Origin: Eledone cirrhosa
Taxonomy: Eukaryota
Direction of reading: 5' to 3'
Assembly (NCBI GenBank): GCA_964016885.1
Contig: OZ024757.1
Span: forward strand, 6,820,001-6,884,000
DNA length: 64,000 bases
The position numbers and the translations under genes are program-made. Below are positions 42,735-55,831 of this stretch, in pieces (within the stretch, counting starts at the first letter, position 1; each line of letters opens with the position of its first letter). The notes beneath the pieces were generated by a model. That model worked only from the letters and a program-made list of their open reading frames with translations, was not told the DNA's origin and ran no database searches.

Positions 42735-43509
42735 ACGAAAATAATGGGAGAAGGACAGACTTTATATTTCAGTCTGAGCTGTGATTCAGCCCCACCCTAC
42801 AGACAAAATGGCAAAGGTGTTACCACAGAGAATAGCCAGAGACACCCACAGCAACATCCACCCCACCTCATGGGACTACTTCCTCAAGGGGGCTGCTGTC
42901 TTTCTAATTTTGAGAAGGAAATCAGCAGTGTGGGGACAAATAGGAAGTGGTTTGTCAGGCCCCGGTATTTAACTATCTCCCTTTTCTCTCTATTGCAGGT
43001 AGTAAAGCCTGGGTTTGTGGCCGCAGGGAAAATGTAGGAGGCAGAGAATGATACAACCCATGCTAAACCTCCAACTAAAGCTGATACTTGTCTTTTTCAG
43101 CTGTGGAGATTAGAGACATGTGGAATGATGTGTCTTGCTTAAGGACACAATGTACCTCCCTAACTGACAATTGAAAACATGATATTACCATATGATGTAT
43201 GACTTCACTATACAATATATATGTGTTTGTATACATATATATAGTATATATTTGTGTATACATTGTCTCATTCCATGAGAGTAACTTGGTCTGTCTATGA
43301 ACTTCTCATCCGACCCTTCTATATGTATATACATGTTTGTCAGTGTGTGTGTACATATGTATATAGAATATTGTCACAACTACTATATACACCACATATA
43401 CACTATATATAATATTGTCCAATATATATAGACTATATGTCATGTTGTCCAAGGGAAAGGCTGATATAGATCAGCACCAGTGACATTACAACTATTATAT
43501 ACACTATAT

Positions 43510-44180
43510 ATCATCATCATCATTATCATTTAATGTCTATCTTCCACGCTAGCATGGGTTAGACGGGAATCGTCCTACTTGAGGCAAGATTGATCGGGTG
43601 ACCGTGTCTCGCTCGTATAGGACTGTATCTGGCAGGTTTTCTACAGCTGGATGCCCTTCCTAACACCAACCACATTTCCAGTGTGGACTGGGAGTCTTTT
43701 CGTGATGACACCTACACTACCTCTTTAGTTTGGACTGGATGTTGTGGCACCAACATAACTTTACAGAGACAGGGTTGTTTTGGTGGGAGTGGGAGGATAG
43801 AGTAGTGGTAGTGGGTTGGGGTATATATTTGGTTAGGAGGGGCCTACTGACTGTAGGTTAACTTTGCACGTAGGGAAGGCAGGTCTTCTCTGTTACTGTG
43901 TGGTGCCATAAATCTTGATCCAGTGACATTGTCTAAGAGAGGTGTAAGTGTGCAAGGTTGGATTTTATGTTGTCCCAGGTTTTTCTGGGTCTACCTACTC
44001 CATAACTTCCATCAATTTTGATCACCCTGCACATTTTTTATAAAGCTGTTATCTTTTATGCGCATCACATGACCATAGCAACATAATCTTCTCTCAAGTA
44101 AACAGCATCTGATCCCGCTTATTCCTAATTCTCTCTTAGTTCCTTTATGTTTTGCCATTCATGTATATTACAATTACACG
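43510..44180 (-). mobile_element. RTE LINE 3' fragment with (CAT)n tail
   Basis: Reverse complement of the 47350-48080 region, e.g. ggatgcccttcctaacaccaaccac and tcatcatcat. Confidence 0.85.
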
Positions 44181-44324
44181 TCCAATGTTTGTGTTGTGAT
44201 GTGATGGAAAACAAAATAATACGTACTTTAGTTTTCAAGACCAAATATAAAGTCAAGAAGAGTTAGTAAAAACTAAATGTTCACTGATTTCTGATTAAAA
44301 AAATATTTTCCTGTTCTCTAAAAT

Positions 44325-44650
44325 GATCAGATGGCAGAAGTTGGGCAGCCTGCTGTTTCTTGTTATGTAATTCTACCGGAATCTCTTCAGGAGCCTTCGA
44401 GATATTGGTCGAGGCAGTGTTGATCTGGTTCTCTATCAGTGTGGGTGTAATTCCAGTGATGTCCGAGTAGAGACTGTCGTAGTTGAGATATTGGTGGGCT
44501 CGGTTGTTGTAGGCCTCTCTGGTAATAACACAAAACTCTTTTCCCTTGTACGATGGGAGGTATACAAGGTTCTTAGATCTGAGGTTAACTTACGTTAGCG
44601 AGTTGTGGTCTGGAGAGGTTGTGGTGAGTATGGGTGTGTTTTTGTAGGAT
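44325..44650 (-). mobile_element. Penelope-like RT N-terminal fragment
   Basis: The minus strand translates to KNLVYLPSYKGKEFCVITREAYNNRAHQYL...SRLPNFCHLI. This resembles the Penelope DKG and P.FY.L.K motifs. Confidence 0.65.
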
Positions 44651-44924
44651 CTCGAGAATAAACTCTCAGTTAAAACTTACCATGACTAACATCCTACAAA
44701 AACACACACATACACCCCACAACCTCTCCAGAGGTGAAAGCAGTGATTCTTTGCTTAAACTTTAATCTGTTCTTATAATATATATATAACCAAGTGAAAA
44801 ATATATACATATATCTTTTCACTTGGTTATATATACAGAGAGAGAAAGAGCCAAATATCGTATAAGATATATGGCTCTTTCTCTCTCTCTCTATGTATAT
44901 ATATCTTTGTATTTGGTTGTTATG

Positions 44925-44959
<35 letters not shown>

Positions 44960-44964
<5 letters not shown>

Positions 44965-45277
44965 AGATCAAAAGATGGTTAAAGGAGTTCCATGTATTTT
45001 ATTATGCGCATTTCAAAAACAAACATCATCATGCAATAATATTTGTGTTTTCATCAGATAAAACAGGAGAACATGATATGAAGGCTAAAAAACACTTGTG
45101 GATAGTGCAGTTTTAAATCAACATATCTGCACTATCCACAAGTGTTTTTTAGCCTTCATATCATGTTCTCCTGTTTTATCTGATGAAAACACAAATATTA
45201 TTGCATGATGATGTTTGTTTTTGAAATGCGCATAATAAAATACATGGAACTCCTTTAACCATCTTTTGATCTTATAT
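44960..45277. repeat. Perfect inverted repeat: 151-bp arms, 16-nt loop
   Basis: 44960-45110 is the reverse complement of 45127-45277. The loop is ttttaaatcaacatat. Confidence 0.93.
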
Positions 45278-45396
45278 TATGTATACTCCAGTCCTACAAA
45301 CTGTAGAGTGCTTCTTATCCGATATCTGCATTGCTTTATTGTACTACAATAAAACTCACCTCCTACATATATATATCTTTGTGTTTGGTTGTTATG

Positions 45397-45447
<51 letters not shown>

Positions 45448-45596
45448 TTGTGTATGGTTTTTTATGTCTCTCTCTTTCTCTCTCTATATATATATATCTT
45501 TGTGTATGGTTGTTATGGCTCTAGATAAAGTCTATTGAGCTTCCTTATTGAGAAACACACAATTCTAAACATATTTGATGTGTCATATACTCAAAT

Positions 45597-45785
45597 AATT
45601 GTTTCTACGTTAGGCACAAAGCCAGCAATTACCCAGTACATTACTGGTACTTTATTTTATCGACCCCATAAGGATGAAAGGCAAAGTTAACCTCGGCAGG
45701 ATTTGAACGCAGATTGGAAAGGGCCGTAACTCTATGCGTCAAAGTATGGCGTCCGACCTTCTACCGATACTGCCAATCCACCGCC
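45597..45785 (-). mobile_element. tRNA-derived SINE with TSD atatactcaaataat
   Basis: Full family sequence, with a direct repeat at 45585-45599 and 45791-45805. Confidence 0.88.
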
Positions 45786-45826
45786 CTATTATATACTCAA
45801 ATAATGAATCAAAACACATCAAATAT

Positions 45827-45994
45827 GGATTGGCAGTATCGGTAGATGGTCGGACGCCATGCTTTGATGCATAGAGTTACGGCCCTTTCCATTATGAGTT
45901 CAAATCCCGCCTTTCATCCTTACGGGGTCGATAAAATAAAGTACCAGTAATGTACTGGGGTAATAGCTGGCCGTGTGCCAAAAGTAGAAACAAT
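45827..45994 (+). mobile_element. tRNA-derived SINE (internally deleted), inverted relative to its neighbour
   Basis: ggattggcagtatcggtag...gagttcaaatcccgcc...gtcgataaaataaagtaccag...agaaacaatt. Confidence 0.85.
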
Positions 45995-46002
45995 TATATA
46001 TC

Positions 46003-48078
46003 GACCCAATAGAGGGACCAGCAGTGTTAGTCGAGGGTAGTATAATAAGTAAGGCAATCAAGGATATGAAGACGGGTAAGGCGGCTGGGCCTTCGGAAAT
46101 AGTTGCTGAGATGCTGAAGGCATCTGGCATGGTGGGACACACCATGGTCACCCGGATAGTTAACCAAGTCGTACAGAATGGGGTTGTTCCGAAGGACTGG
46201 CATAGCAGCATCATCCTTAACTGTTATAAGGGAAAAGGAGATGCCCTAGATAGGAGTAACTATAGAGGCATTAAATTAATCGACCAGGTCATGAAGGTCA
46301 CGGAAAAAGTAATAGCGCAACTAATCAGAGAGAGAATTGACCTAGATGAAATGCAGTTCGGGTTTGTGTCAGGCAAAAGTACCACAGACGCTCTTTTCAT
46401 AGTACGACAACTACAGGAGAAGTACCTAGCTAAAGGAAAACCCCTCTACTTAGCTTTTGTCGACTTGGAGAAAGCCTTCGACAGAGTCCCTCGTTCCATT
46501 ATCTGGTGGGCCCTTAGAAAACTAGGTGTCGACGAATGGCTTGTGAGAGCTATACAAGCCATGTATAAAGAAACAGTCAGCAAGGTTAGAATTAACAACG
46601 AATATAGTGAAGAGTTTAGCGTAAAAGTTGGCGTCCATCAGGGCTCTGTTCTCAGCCCCCTACTATTTATTATTGCCCTTCAGGCTATAACAGAGGAGTT
46701 CAAGACTGGCTGCCCATGGGAACTCCTATACGCAGACGACCTGACACTCATAGCTGAATCAATGGCCGAGCTAGAGAAGAAATTCCAAACATGGAAGCAC
46801 AGCCTAGAATCAAAAGGCCTTAAAATTAACCTGGCTAAGACTAAAGTTCTAGTTTGTAGGAAAGAAAATAAGGCGGCGGTCCCTTCTGGGAAATGGCCAT
46901 GCTCAGTGTGTAGGAAAGGCGTAGGTAGAAACTCCATTTTATGTCCCAAATGCAAAGTATGGGTGCATAAAAGATGTAGTGGGATCACAGGTAAGCTAAC
47001 TAAGAACATAGATTTTACATGTGGGCGGTGCTCTGGTGCAATAAGTAGCAGCAAGTGCCCACAAATACTAGCTCTTACAATTGCGCAGAGGGCTCTATAG
47101 AAATAGTGGACAGCTTCCGTTACCTGGGTGACAAAATCAGCAGTGGGGGAGGGTGCTCTGAAAGTACAGTAGCTAGAGTCAGAACTGGATGGAAAAAGTT
47201 CAGAGAGCTTATACCACTATTAGCCGCTAAAGGGTTCTCCCTAAAAATGAAAGGCAGGTTGTATGATGCCTGCATACGAACAGCAATGTTGCATGGCAGT
47301 GAGACCTGGGCATTGTGTGCAGAGGATATATGCAGACTAGAGAGGAACGAAGTTTGCATGCTCCGCTGGATGTGTAATAGTAATATACGTGAACGGCAAA
47401 GCATAAACGAACTAAGGAAAAAATTAGAAATAAGAGGGATCAGATGTTGTTTACTCGAGAGAAGGCTACGTTGGTATGGACACGTGATGCGCATGAAAGT
47501 CGATAGCTGTATAACAAAGTGCAGGGCAATAAAGATAGACGGTAGCCACGGAATAGGCAGACCTAGAAAATCCTGGGACGAGCTGATAAATTCCGACCTC
47601 ACACACTTACACCTCTCCAAGACAATGTCACTGGACCGAGACCTTTGGCGGTACTCAGTAATAGAGAAGACACGCCTTACCTAAATACATAGTAAAACCT
47701 ACTACAGCCAGTAGGCATCTCTAACAAAATACACCCCCGTCCCACCACCCACACCCCATCCACACCACCCCCTCCTATGTAAAGTTATGTTGGTGCCACA
47801 CCATCCAGGCCGAAACAAATGAGATCGTGTAGGTGTCACGACAAAAAAACACAGTCCACGCTGTAATGTGGCCGTGTAGGCAACACGGTAAAAACCTCCC
47901 AGTCCCACACTGTAAATGTGGTTGGTGTTAGGAAGGGCATCCAACTGTAGAAAACCTGCCAGACAGTCCTATGCGAGCAAGACAATCACTCTTGCCTCAA
48001 GTGGGAATACCCCCGTCCAAACCCATGCAAACGTGGAACACGGACGTTAAACGTTGATGATGATGATGATGATGATGA
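46003..48078 (+). mobile_element. 5'-truncated RTE-clade LINE: RT ORF with one frameshift (~47057), 3' UTR and (TGA)n tail
   Basis: GKAAGPS, NYRGIKL, QFGF, FVDLEKAFDRVPR, GVHQGSVLSPLLF, YADD, FRYLG, GSETW, RRLRWYGHV and GRPRKSW motifs; tail tgatgatgat. Confidence 0.95.
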
Positions 48079-48169
48079 TATAACTCTGGAAAACCATTTT
48101 TGTTGAGTGTTTCCAATCTATTGTAAAACTCATTCTTTGATTTATTCATTGAACCTTGTTTAACCTTTA

Positions 48170-48389
<220 letters not shown>

Positions 48390-49154
48390 TACACACATAC
48401 ATATGCCATTATAGTTTATTGTCACGGCAGGAAAACCTTTAATTATAAGTTTACCTGACCATACCAACCTGGGACTTAATTTAAGCCAGACGGTGTTGTC
48501 TCCCTTAGCACTAATCACTGAATTAATATCCAGTAACGTCTGCTTTTCTTCTAGGTTTAGTTAAGCCTTTATCAGTAACGTTACTCTATATTTACTATTA
48601 TATTTTCGCAGAAAACATAATTATCTCACAAAATATTGTATCTATGAGATTTTGACATTATTTATTTTGGGAACAATACCTTAACATCAGCATGAGCGGC
48701 TTGTTAGGGCCAGTTAGAACAGAAAATGTCAAAGAATTCTGGCCAGATACGGACGGTTTAAATATATAACAGCTCTATTGAAACACTACTGTGTTGTTCT
48801 GAGATGATTTCAGTAGAATTTCAAATGGTAGGACAAATATATTCTACATTTACTTTAATATAGATTTAAACAAAGATGGTAGAATGACAGAATTGGTAGA
48901 GTGTCAGATAACCTACCATTGCAGTATTTGTCCTGGTTTTTAACATTCTGAGTTCAAATCCCAGTGAGGTAAATTTTATATTTTATTCTTCTAGGCTAGA
49001 TAAAATATATTATATGTACTACCGTTGATTTAATAAACTTTACCCTTCCCCCAAAATTGCTGGTCTTCAGCCTAATTTACAAATCAATAGAGATTTAACA
49101 AGTTTGTTGCTTCAATTTCTCAAAACACTTTTATTTAGTGTGGCTAGTGCAGTA

Positions 49155-49360
49155 AATTGGCAGTAATCGGTAGAGCACCAGACAACAAGCTTTGCATCAT
49201 ATAGTTATGTCCTGTTACATTCTGAGTTCAAATCATGTGGAGGGTAGCTTTGCCTTTCATCCATACGGGGTTGATAAAATAAAGTACCAGTAATGCACTG
49301 AGGTTGATTTAACTTTCCCCACGCTCAATATTATTGGGCCTGTGCCTACATCAAATACCA
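49155..49360 (+). mobile_element. Diverged tRNA-derived SINE (another older copy at ~48880-49090)
   Basis: tggcagtaatcggtagag...ctgagttcaaatc...gcctttcatccatacggggttgataaaataaagtaccag. Confidence 0.75.
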
Positions 49361-49980
49361 TTATTGACTGTGTCTAACAACACTCAGTAACCTATACTAT
49401 CACTACCCCAATGATACCAGCCAAGACAGTGTCTCAAAATTCTCTCTGGCCTGCAGAAACCCAGGTACCAGTTGCCTCATGCTCCTGGCTAAGGACAGAA
49501 TGGAGAAAGGGTTAACCTGGAAGATAGTGAGGGAGATGTGTTGAAGTAGCCATTAAAACCTCTGTGGCCTCACAAGTTTTAAAAACAACAACGTCCAATA
49601 GAATTTTAAACATTTCAAATACCAATGAAGTGTTTGTGTTTGATTTCTTCTAACTACTTTCAAGATATCATTACATATGGTGTTCATAACAGATATTTAG
49701 ATGGGAAAATAACAAAAATATGGAATCACAGACTGGACAAATTCCTCAAATGTAACTCTTTACTTAACAAAAATAGATTGAATTTCAGGAGATAAATATA
49801 ATTCATTTATCATTATCATTATCATCATCATCATCATCATTTTATGCCCACTTTACGCTGCTTGCAAGGGTGGGACGGGAACTGATTCTGGCTTTATTAT
49901 ATATTATGAAAATAATTTACTCAAAAAAGAAAGAAGAATAAAACCAGGAAAATACATATACACTGCATCAATTACACACC

Positions 49981-50336
49981 ACAAGAGGGAATGTTAGTGT
50001 TGACCTCTAACATATCACAGACAAGACACAGCATTACCTCAGGTGATAGAGGGTCTCTCACTAATGCAATACAACAGGGAATGTTGGTGCTGACCTCTAG
50101 TATTTCTGAGACACAGCATTACCTCAGATGATAGAGAGTCTCTCACTAATGCAATACAACAGGGAATGTTGGTGTTGACCTCTAGTATTTCTGAGACACA
50201 GTATTACCTCAGGTGATAGAGTCTCTCACTAATGCAATAAAACAGGGAATGTTGGTGTTGACCTCTAGTATTTCTGAGACACAGCATTACCTCAGGTGAT
50301 AGAGAGTCTCTCACTAATGCAATACAACAGGGAATT
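49981..50336. repeat. ~85-bp minisatellite, about 4 copies
   Basis: cagggaatgttggtgttgacctctagtatttctgagacacagcattacctcagg repeats. Confidence 0.88.
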
Positions 50337-50559
50337 TTAGGTATTACCGAAAAAAAAGAAATTTTACATTTATATCATTAAAAATGAATTTAGGAAGACA
50401 ACAATTAGACATGCAAAGAATTTTGTTTCCAGTTAAAAACATATTTAAGAAATGGAATCTGTAGAAGTGTTATGGTTACATTTTTGATGTTGGTGGACAA
50501 TAAGTTTAGACTGGGAAAAGGAAGGGTATCTCAGGGTTCACAGTTAAATAGTTTTATCA

Positions 50560-52240
50560 CTAGTGTGTGTGTTTCTGTCTAAGTTACTGTTAGTCAAAAT
50601 ATTTCCCACATGTTTCACTGGGGAAGGTCCTTTTTCTGCAGTCTAACTATGTGGCCAACATGAGTAGAATTCTGAATAAAAGATGTCCAACATGTTTCAC
50701 ACCGGAAGTTTCTTTCCTCCAGTCTCAATAAAAGATGTCCAACATGTTTCACACTGGAAGTTTCTTTCCTCCAGTCTCAATAAAAGATGTCCAACATGTT
50801 TCACACTGGAAGTTTCTTTCCTCCAGTCTGAAGACATATATGTTTATTAAGTACCAAACTATCAGTAAAAGATTTCTCACATTTTTCACAATGATAGGTT
50901 TTTCTCCAAAGTGTTCTTTTGTGACTCTGTAACCATTTATAACAAAACCTTTCCAATATATTTAAAAATAATAAGGTATTTCTCTAGTACGTGTTCTTTT
51001 GTGTAAATGACCATTTGTAACAAATTTAAACCCCATATTTCTAAATGATATCGTTTTTCTCCAGTGTGTTCTTTCAAAAACACTGATTTCGACATAACAT
51101 TTCCCACATTTTTAACAGTGATATGATTTTTCTGCAGTGTGTGTTGTTTTTGTTGTCTTCAGTATGCGTTGTTTTTGTTGGCTGTAATTCTGTGTGAAAG
51201 ATTTCCCACATATTTCACAGTGATAGGTTTTGTCTTTAATATGTATGTGTTTGTGTGTAGATACTTCATCTTCTGAAGAGAATGTTTTCATACAAAACTG
51301 ACAGCTATATTCAGGAATATTTCTATCTAATAATTATTGTTTCAGCTACAGCCAAAACATTTCCTAGATATTTCACAATGGAAAGGTTTTTCTCCAGTGT
51401 CTCCTTTTATGTACTGTTAAATCACTGGTTTTAATAAAAGATTTATCACAATGATACGGCTTTTTCCCCAGTGTGACAGCAGATGTGGCTGTAATTCTGA
51501 GTGAAAGATTTCCCACATATTTCAAAGTGATAGGGTTTGTCTTTAATATGTTTGTGTGTAGATAATTCATCTTCTGATGAGAATGTTTTTCTACAAAACT
51601 CACAGCTATATTCAGGAATATTTCTATCTAATAATTCTTGTTCAGTATATGTTTCATTGTGGAACGGTTATTCCCCAGTGTGAATACTTATATGATTATT
51701 AAGTATCCAACTCTCAGAAAAAATGATTTCTCTCCTGTATGTGTTCTTTTGTGTCTAGTTAAATGATTCCTTCTAACAAAACATTTCCCACATATTTCAC
51801 AATGGAAGGGTTTCTTTCCAGTGTGTGTTCTTTTGTGTAGTGACAGAGTAGAGCTACGGCCAAAATATTTCCCACATATTTCACATTTGAAGAGTTTCTC
51901 TCCTATGTATGTTCTTATGTGTGCAGTCAAATTACAGCCATGGAGAACATATTTCCCAGATATATCACAATGGAAGGGTTTCTCTCCAGTGTGTGTTCTT
52001 ATGTGTGCAGTCAAATTACAGCCATGGAGAAAATATTTCCCAAATATATCACAATGGAAGGGTTTCTCTCCAGTGTGTGTTCTTATGTGTGCAGTCAAAT
52101 TACAGCCATGGAGAAAATATTTCCTACATATATCACAATGGAAGGGTTTCTCTCCAGTGTGTCTGTATTTGTGTGCAGTTAAGTCACTGCTGTAGACAAA
52201 TGTTTTCCCACATACATCACAGTGATAGGGTTTCTTTCCA
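50560..52240 (-). pseudogene. Out-of-frame and progressively decayed C2H2 fingers downstream of gene B
   Basis: ORF 51688-52098 ([11 protein letters not shown]...) plus broken ttcccacatatttcaca units down to ~50560. A 52-bp finger-derived triplication lies at 50676-50828. Confidence 0.8.
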
Positions 52241-53950
52241 GTGTGTTTTTATGTGTACAGTTAAGCTACTGTTTTCAAGAAATGATTTCCCACATATTTC
52301 ACAATGATAGGGTTTTTCTCCAGTGTGTATTCTTTTGTGTCGCGACAGAGTATAGCTACGACCAAAATATTTCCCACATATATCACATTTGAAGGGTTCC
52401 TCTCCAGTGTGTTTGTATTTGTGTGTAGTTAAGTCACTGCTGTAGACAAATGTTTTCCCACATACATCACAGTGATAAGGTTTCTCTCCAGTGTGTATTC
52501 GTGTGTGTATAGTTAAGCTACTCTTTATAAGAAATGATTTCCCACATATTTCACAATGAAAGGGTTTCTCTCCAGTGTGTGTTCGTGTGTGTATAGTTAA
52601 GCTACTCTTTGTAAGAAATGATTTCCCACATATTTCACAATGAAAGGGTTTCTCTCCAGTGTGTGTTCGTTTATGTGTAGTTAAATGACTGCTTCTAACA
52701 AAACATTTCCCACATATTTCACAACGGAAGGGTTTTTCTCCTGTGTGTGTTCTTTTGTGTTCAGTCAAAGTAGAGTTCTGGCCAAAAGATTGCCCACATA
52801 TTTCACATTTGAAGGGTTTCTCTCCAGTGTGTGTTCTTTTGTGACTACATAAGTCGTTGTTTGAAAGAAAAGATTTCCCACATGTTTCACACTGGAGGGG
52901 ATTTTCCCTAGTGTGACTACGTATATGATTATTAAGTATCCAACTCTCAGGAAAAGATTTCCCACATATTTCACAATGAAAAGGTTTCTCTCCAGTGTGA
53001 GTTCTTTTGTGTCTAGTTAAATGATTGCTAGTAACAAAACATTTGCCACATATTTCACAATGAAAGGGTTTCTCTCCTGTATGTGTTCTTTTGTGTCTAG
53101 TTAAATGATTGCTTGTAACAAAACATTTCCCACATATTTCACAATGGAACAGTTTCTCTCCTCTGTGTGTTCTTATGTGATTAGATAAATTGCTGTTACA
53201 CACAAAAGATTTCCCACATATTTCACAATGATAGGGTTTTTCCCCAGTGTGACTACGCATGTGGCTAACAAGATCGGATTTCTGAGTGAAAGATTTCCCA
53301 CATATTTCACAATGATAGGATTTTTCCCCAGTGTGGCTACGTATGTGCTTAACAAGCTGGGATTTCTGAGTGAAAGATTTCCCACATATTTCACAATGAT
53401 AGGGTTTTTCGCCAGTGTGGCTACGTATGTGGATAACAATATAGGATTTCTGTGTGAAAGATTTCCCACATATTTCACAATGATAGGGTTTTTCCCCAGT
53501 GTGGCTACGGATGTGGCTAAGAAGATTGCATTTATGAGTGAAAGATTTCCCACATATTTCACAATGATAGGGTTTTTCCCCAGTGTGGCTACGTATGTGT
53601 CTAACAAGATGGAATTTCCGAGTGAAAGATGTCCCACATATTTCACATTTGAAAGGTTCCTCTCCAGTGTGTGTTCTTTTGTGTCTACATAAATCACGGT
53701 TACAGACAAAAGATTTCCCACATGTCTCACAGTGGAAGTGTTTGTGTTTGTGTGTAGATAAATCATCTTCTGTTGAGAAAGTTTTCCTACAAATCTCATA
53801 GCCATATTCAAGAATATTTTTGTATAATGATCCATGTTCAGTACATGTTTCACTAGGTAAAGGTTTCTCCCCACTGTATCTCTGTATAACTCTATCTATA
53901 TTGGTAGAAATAGGTGTGGTAGAAATGTCCAAGGGTTTAACGTCCTCCAT
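52217..53950 (-). CDS. Tandem C2H2 zinc-finger gene B, 577 aa, about 18 intact fingers; a frameshift near 52242 ends the ORF
   Basis: Repeated [10 protein letters not shown]...H...HTGEKP units. A 2-bp loss in the linker gives HIKTHWKETLSL*. Confidence 0.92.
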   Translation of the reverse strand: MEDVKPLDISTTPISTNIDRVIQRYSGEKPLPSETCTEHGSLYKNILEYGYEICRKTFSTEDDLSTHKHKHFHCETCGKSFVCNRDLCRHKRTHTGEEPFKCEICGTSFTRKFHLVRHIRSHTGEKPYHCEICGKSFTHKCNLLSHIRSHTGEKPYHCEICGKSFTQKSYIVIHIRSHTGEKPYHCEICGKSFTQKSQLVKHIRSHTGEKSYHCEICGKSFTQKSDLVSHMRSHTGEKPYHCEICGKSFVCNSNLSNHIRTHRGEKLFHCEICGKCFVTSNHLTRHKRTHTGEKPFHCEICGKCFVTSNHLTRHKRTHTGEKPFHCEICGKSFPESWILNNHIRSHTRENPLQCETCGKSFLSNNDLCSHKRTHTGEKPFKCEICGQSFGQNSTLTEHKRTHTGEKPFRCEICGKCFVRSSHLTTHKRTHTGEKPFHCEICGKSFLTKSSLTIHTRTHTGEKPFHCEICGKSFLIKSSLTIHTRIHTGEKPYHCDVCGKTFVYSSDLTTHKYKHTGEEPFKCDICGKYFGRSYTLSRHKRIHTGEKPYHCEICGKSFLENSSLTVHIKTHWKETLSL

Positions 53951-54738
53951 AGTAATTATTGAAGAACTCTAAAAACTCGAGATATGAGAATGTACGAGTA
54001 ATTTTGGGTAAGAAATGGCCCTCTATGTACTTATATATGATCGGGTGTGTATCAATGTATATGCAAGCAGTCCTAACAATTGTTTATTACGGAGTGTAGA
54101 AAAGTACACGATATCCGCTGTGTTAACAATACAAATAATACGTACTTTATATTTCAAGTCCAAGAGTAAAGTCAGGAAAGACCAGGAAAGCTAATTGTTC
54201 AGATGTTGGTGATTTAGACCTATTTCTCACTGTCCTGTAAAATGTGGAACAACAAATTCACGATGTAGCGTAGTTTCTCATGAAATGAAATATTTAATCA
54301 TGTAGGAGATGGAACACCTATCCTGGAACATGTAGCTCACTCTATGTTATCTACAGAATATTAACTTTCACCTTAACATGAGATAATTGCTATACAAGAT
54401 ATAATTAGATTAATTAAAGCTATAATTAAGATAGCAGGTACGTGGTGTCGTTGGTAATGTTTACCTGATCATAAATAACACCGGTGTCATACGTTAAAAG
54501 TCCCTGACCTAATTAAATACCTTCAGCCAGACCTTCAGTTATATCAATTCACTCCATCAATTGTATCCAACCCCTGGTAAAACAAGCAGCATCACTCAGT
54601 GAAATATTTATTACGTATCAACGAGGGAGTCTCCTACCTGGTTACTTGACCTGGTAGAAATAGCAGCCAAATATCACTCTCTACTGTCTTACAACAAGAA
54701 AGACCATATTCTGCAGTTTAGTCACAAACCCCCACATG

Positions 54739-54783
<45 letters not shown>

Positions 54784-55831
54784 AGGATAGTCACGGCTGG
54801 AACAACTTTAATTATAGGTCTGCTCAATCATACTAACATGGGATTTAAATTGAGCAAAGGTGGAGTTGTCTCCCTTGGTACTTTACTACGCTACGTTTGT
54901 TTATATATATCATCATCATCATCTTCAACATTATCATTTAACGTTCATTTTTATCACACCTGCATGGGTTAAACAGGTTGTCACGTTATGAGACATGTCA
55001 GGTGTGGAGACCAGGTCTCATATGGATGTGTATTTTGGTTTGGTTTCTAAGGCTGGATGCCCTTCTTAACACGAAACACGTTACAATGTGGACTGCACAC
55101 TTTTGTATGACCACCTCACAGGATGTACTGGGTGTTTTTATTGTTGTAGCAATATCAACTAGGTGTGTGGGATATTTAGCAGGTGAGGGTAGGGTCTTAT
55201 GAATGGGGAAGGGTGAAGAAAAGATTGGTGCAGACTAGTGTGTTCTCTACATGTTTGTTTTATTTCATTTTCAGCACATGGGAAGGGGGAGGGGTCTTCT
55301 ACGGAACAGCATGACGCCAGAGGTCTCGATCCTGTGACATTGCCATTGAGAGGTTTAATTGGGCAAGGTGAGCTTTTATTATTTCATCCCAAGCTTTCCT
55401 AGGTCTTCCCCTTTCATAGTTAACATCAACTTTGACAACCCTGCACCTTGTTATACAGCTGTCATCTTCCATATACATCACATATCCAAACCACCACAAT
55501 CTCCTCTCCTCAACATGTTGTTCATGCACACTATTACACCTCTATCAGATCCTGTAAACTTCATTTCTTTCCAGTCTTTATAGGTCCTCTGAATATATTG
55601 CCCTGGTCTCACTTCAATGTAACATTGCTGTTCGTACACAGACTTCATACAATCTGCCTTTCACTTTCAGGGGAAATCATTTTGTAGGCAGCAGTAGTAG
55701 TAGCTCCCTAAACTGTTTCCATCCCATTCTCACTCAGGCTACTGTACCTTCAGAACACCCACCTCCACTGTTAATTTGGTCATCTAGTTAACAGAAATTA
55801 TGAACTGGTTTCTACAGAGCCTTCTGGACAT

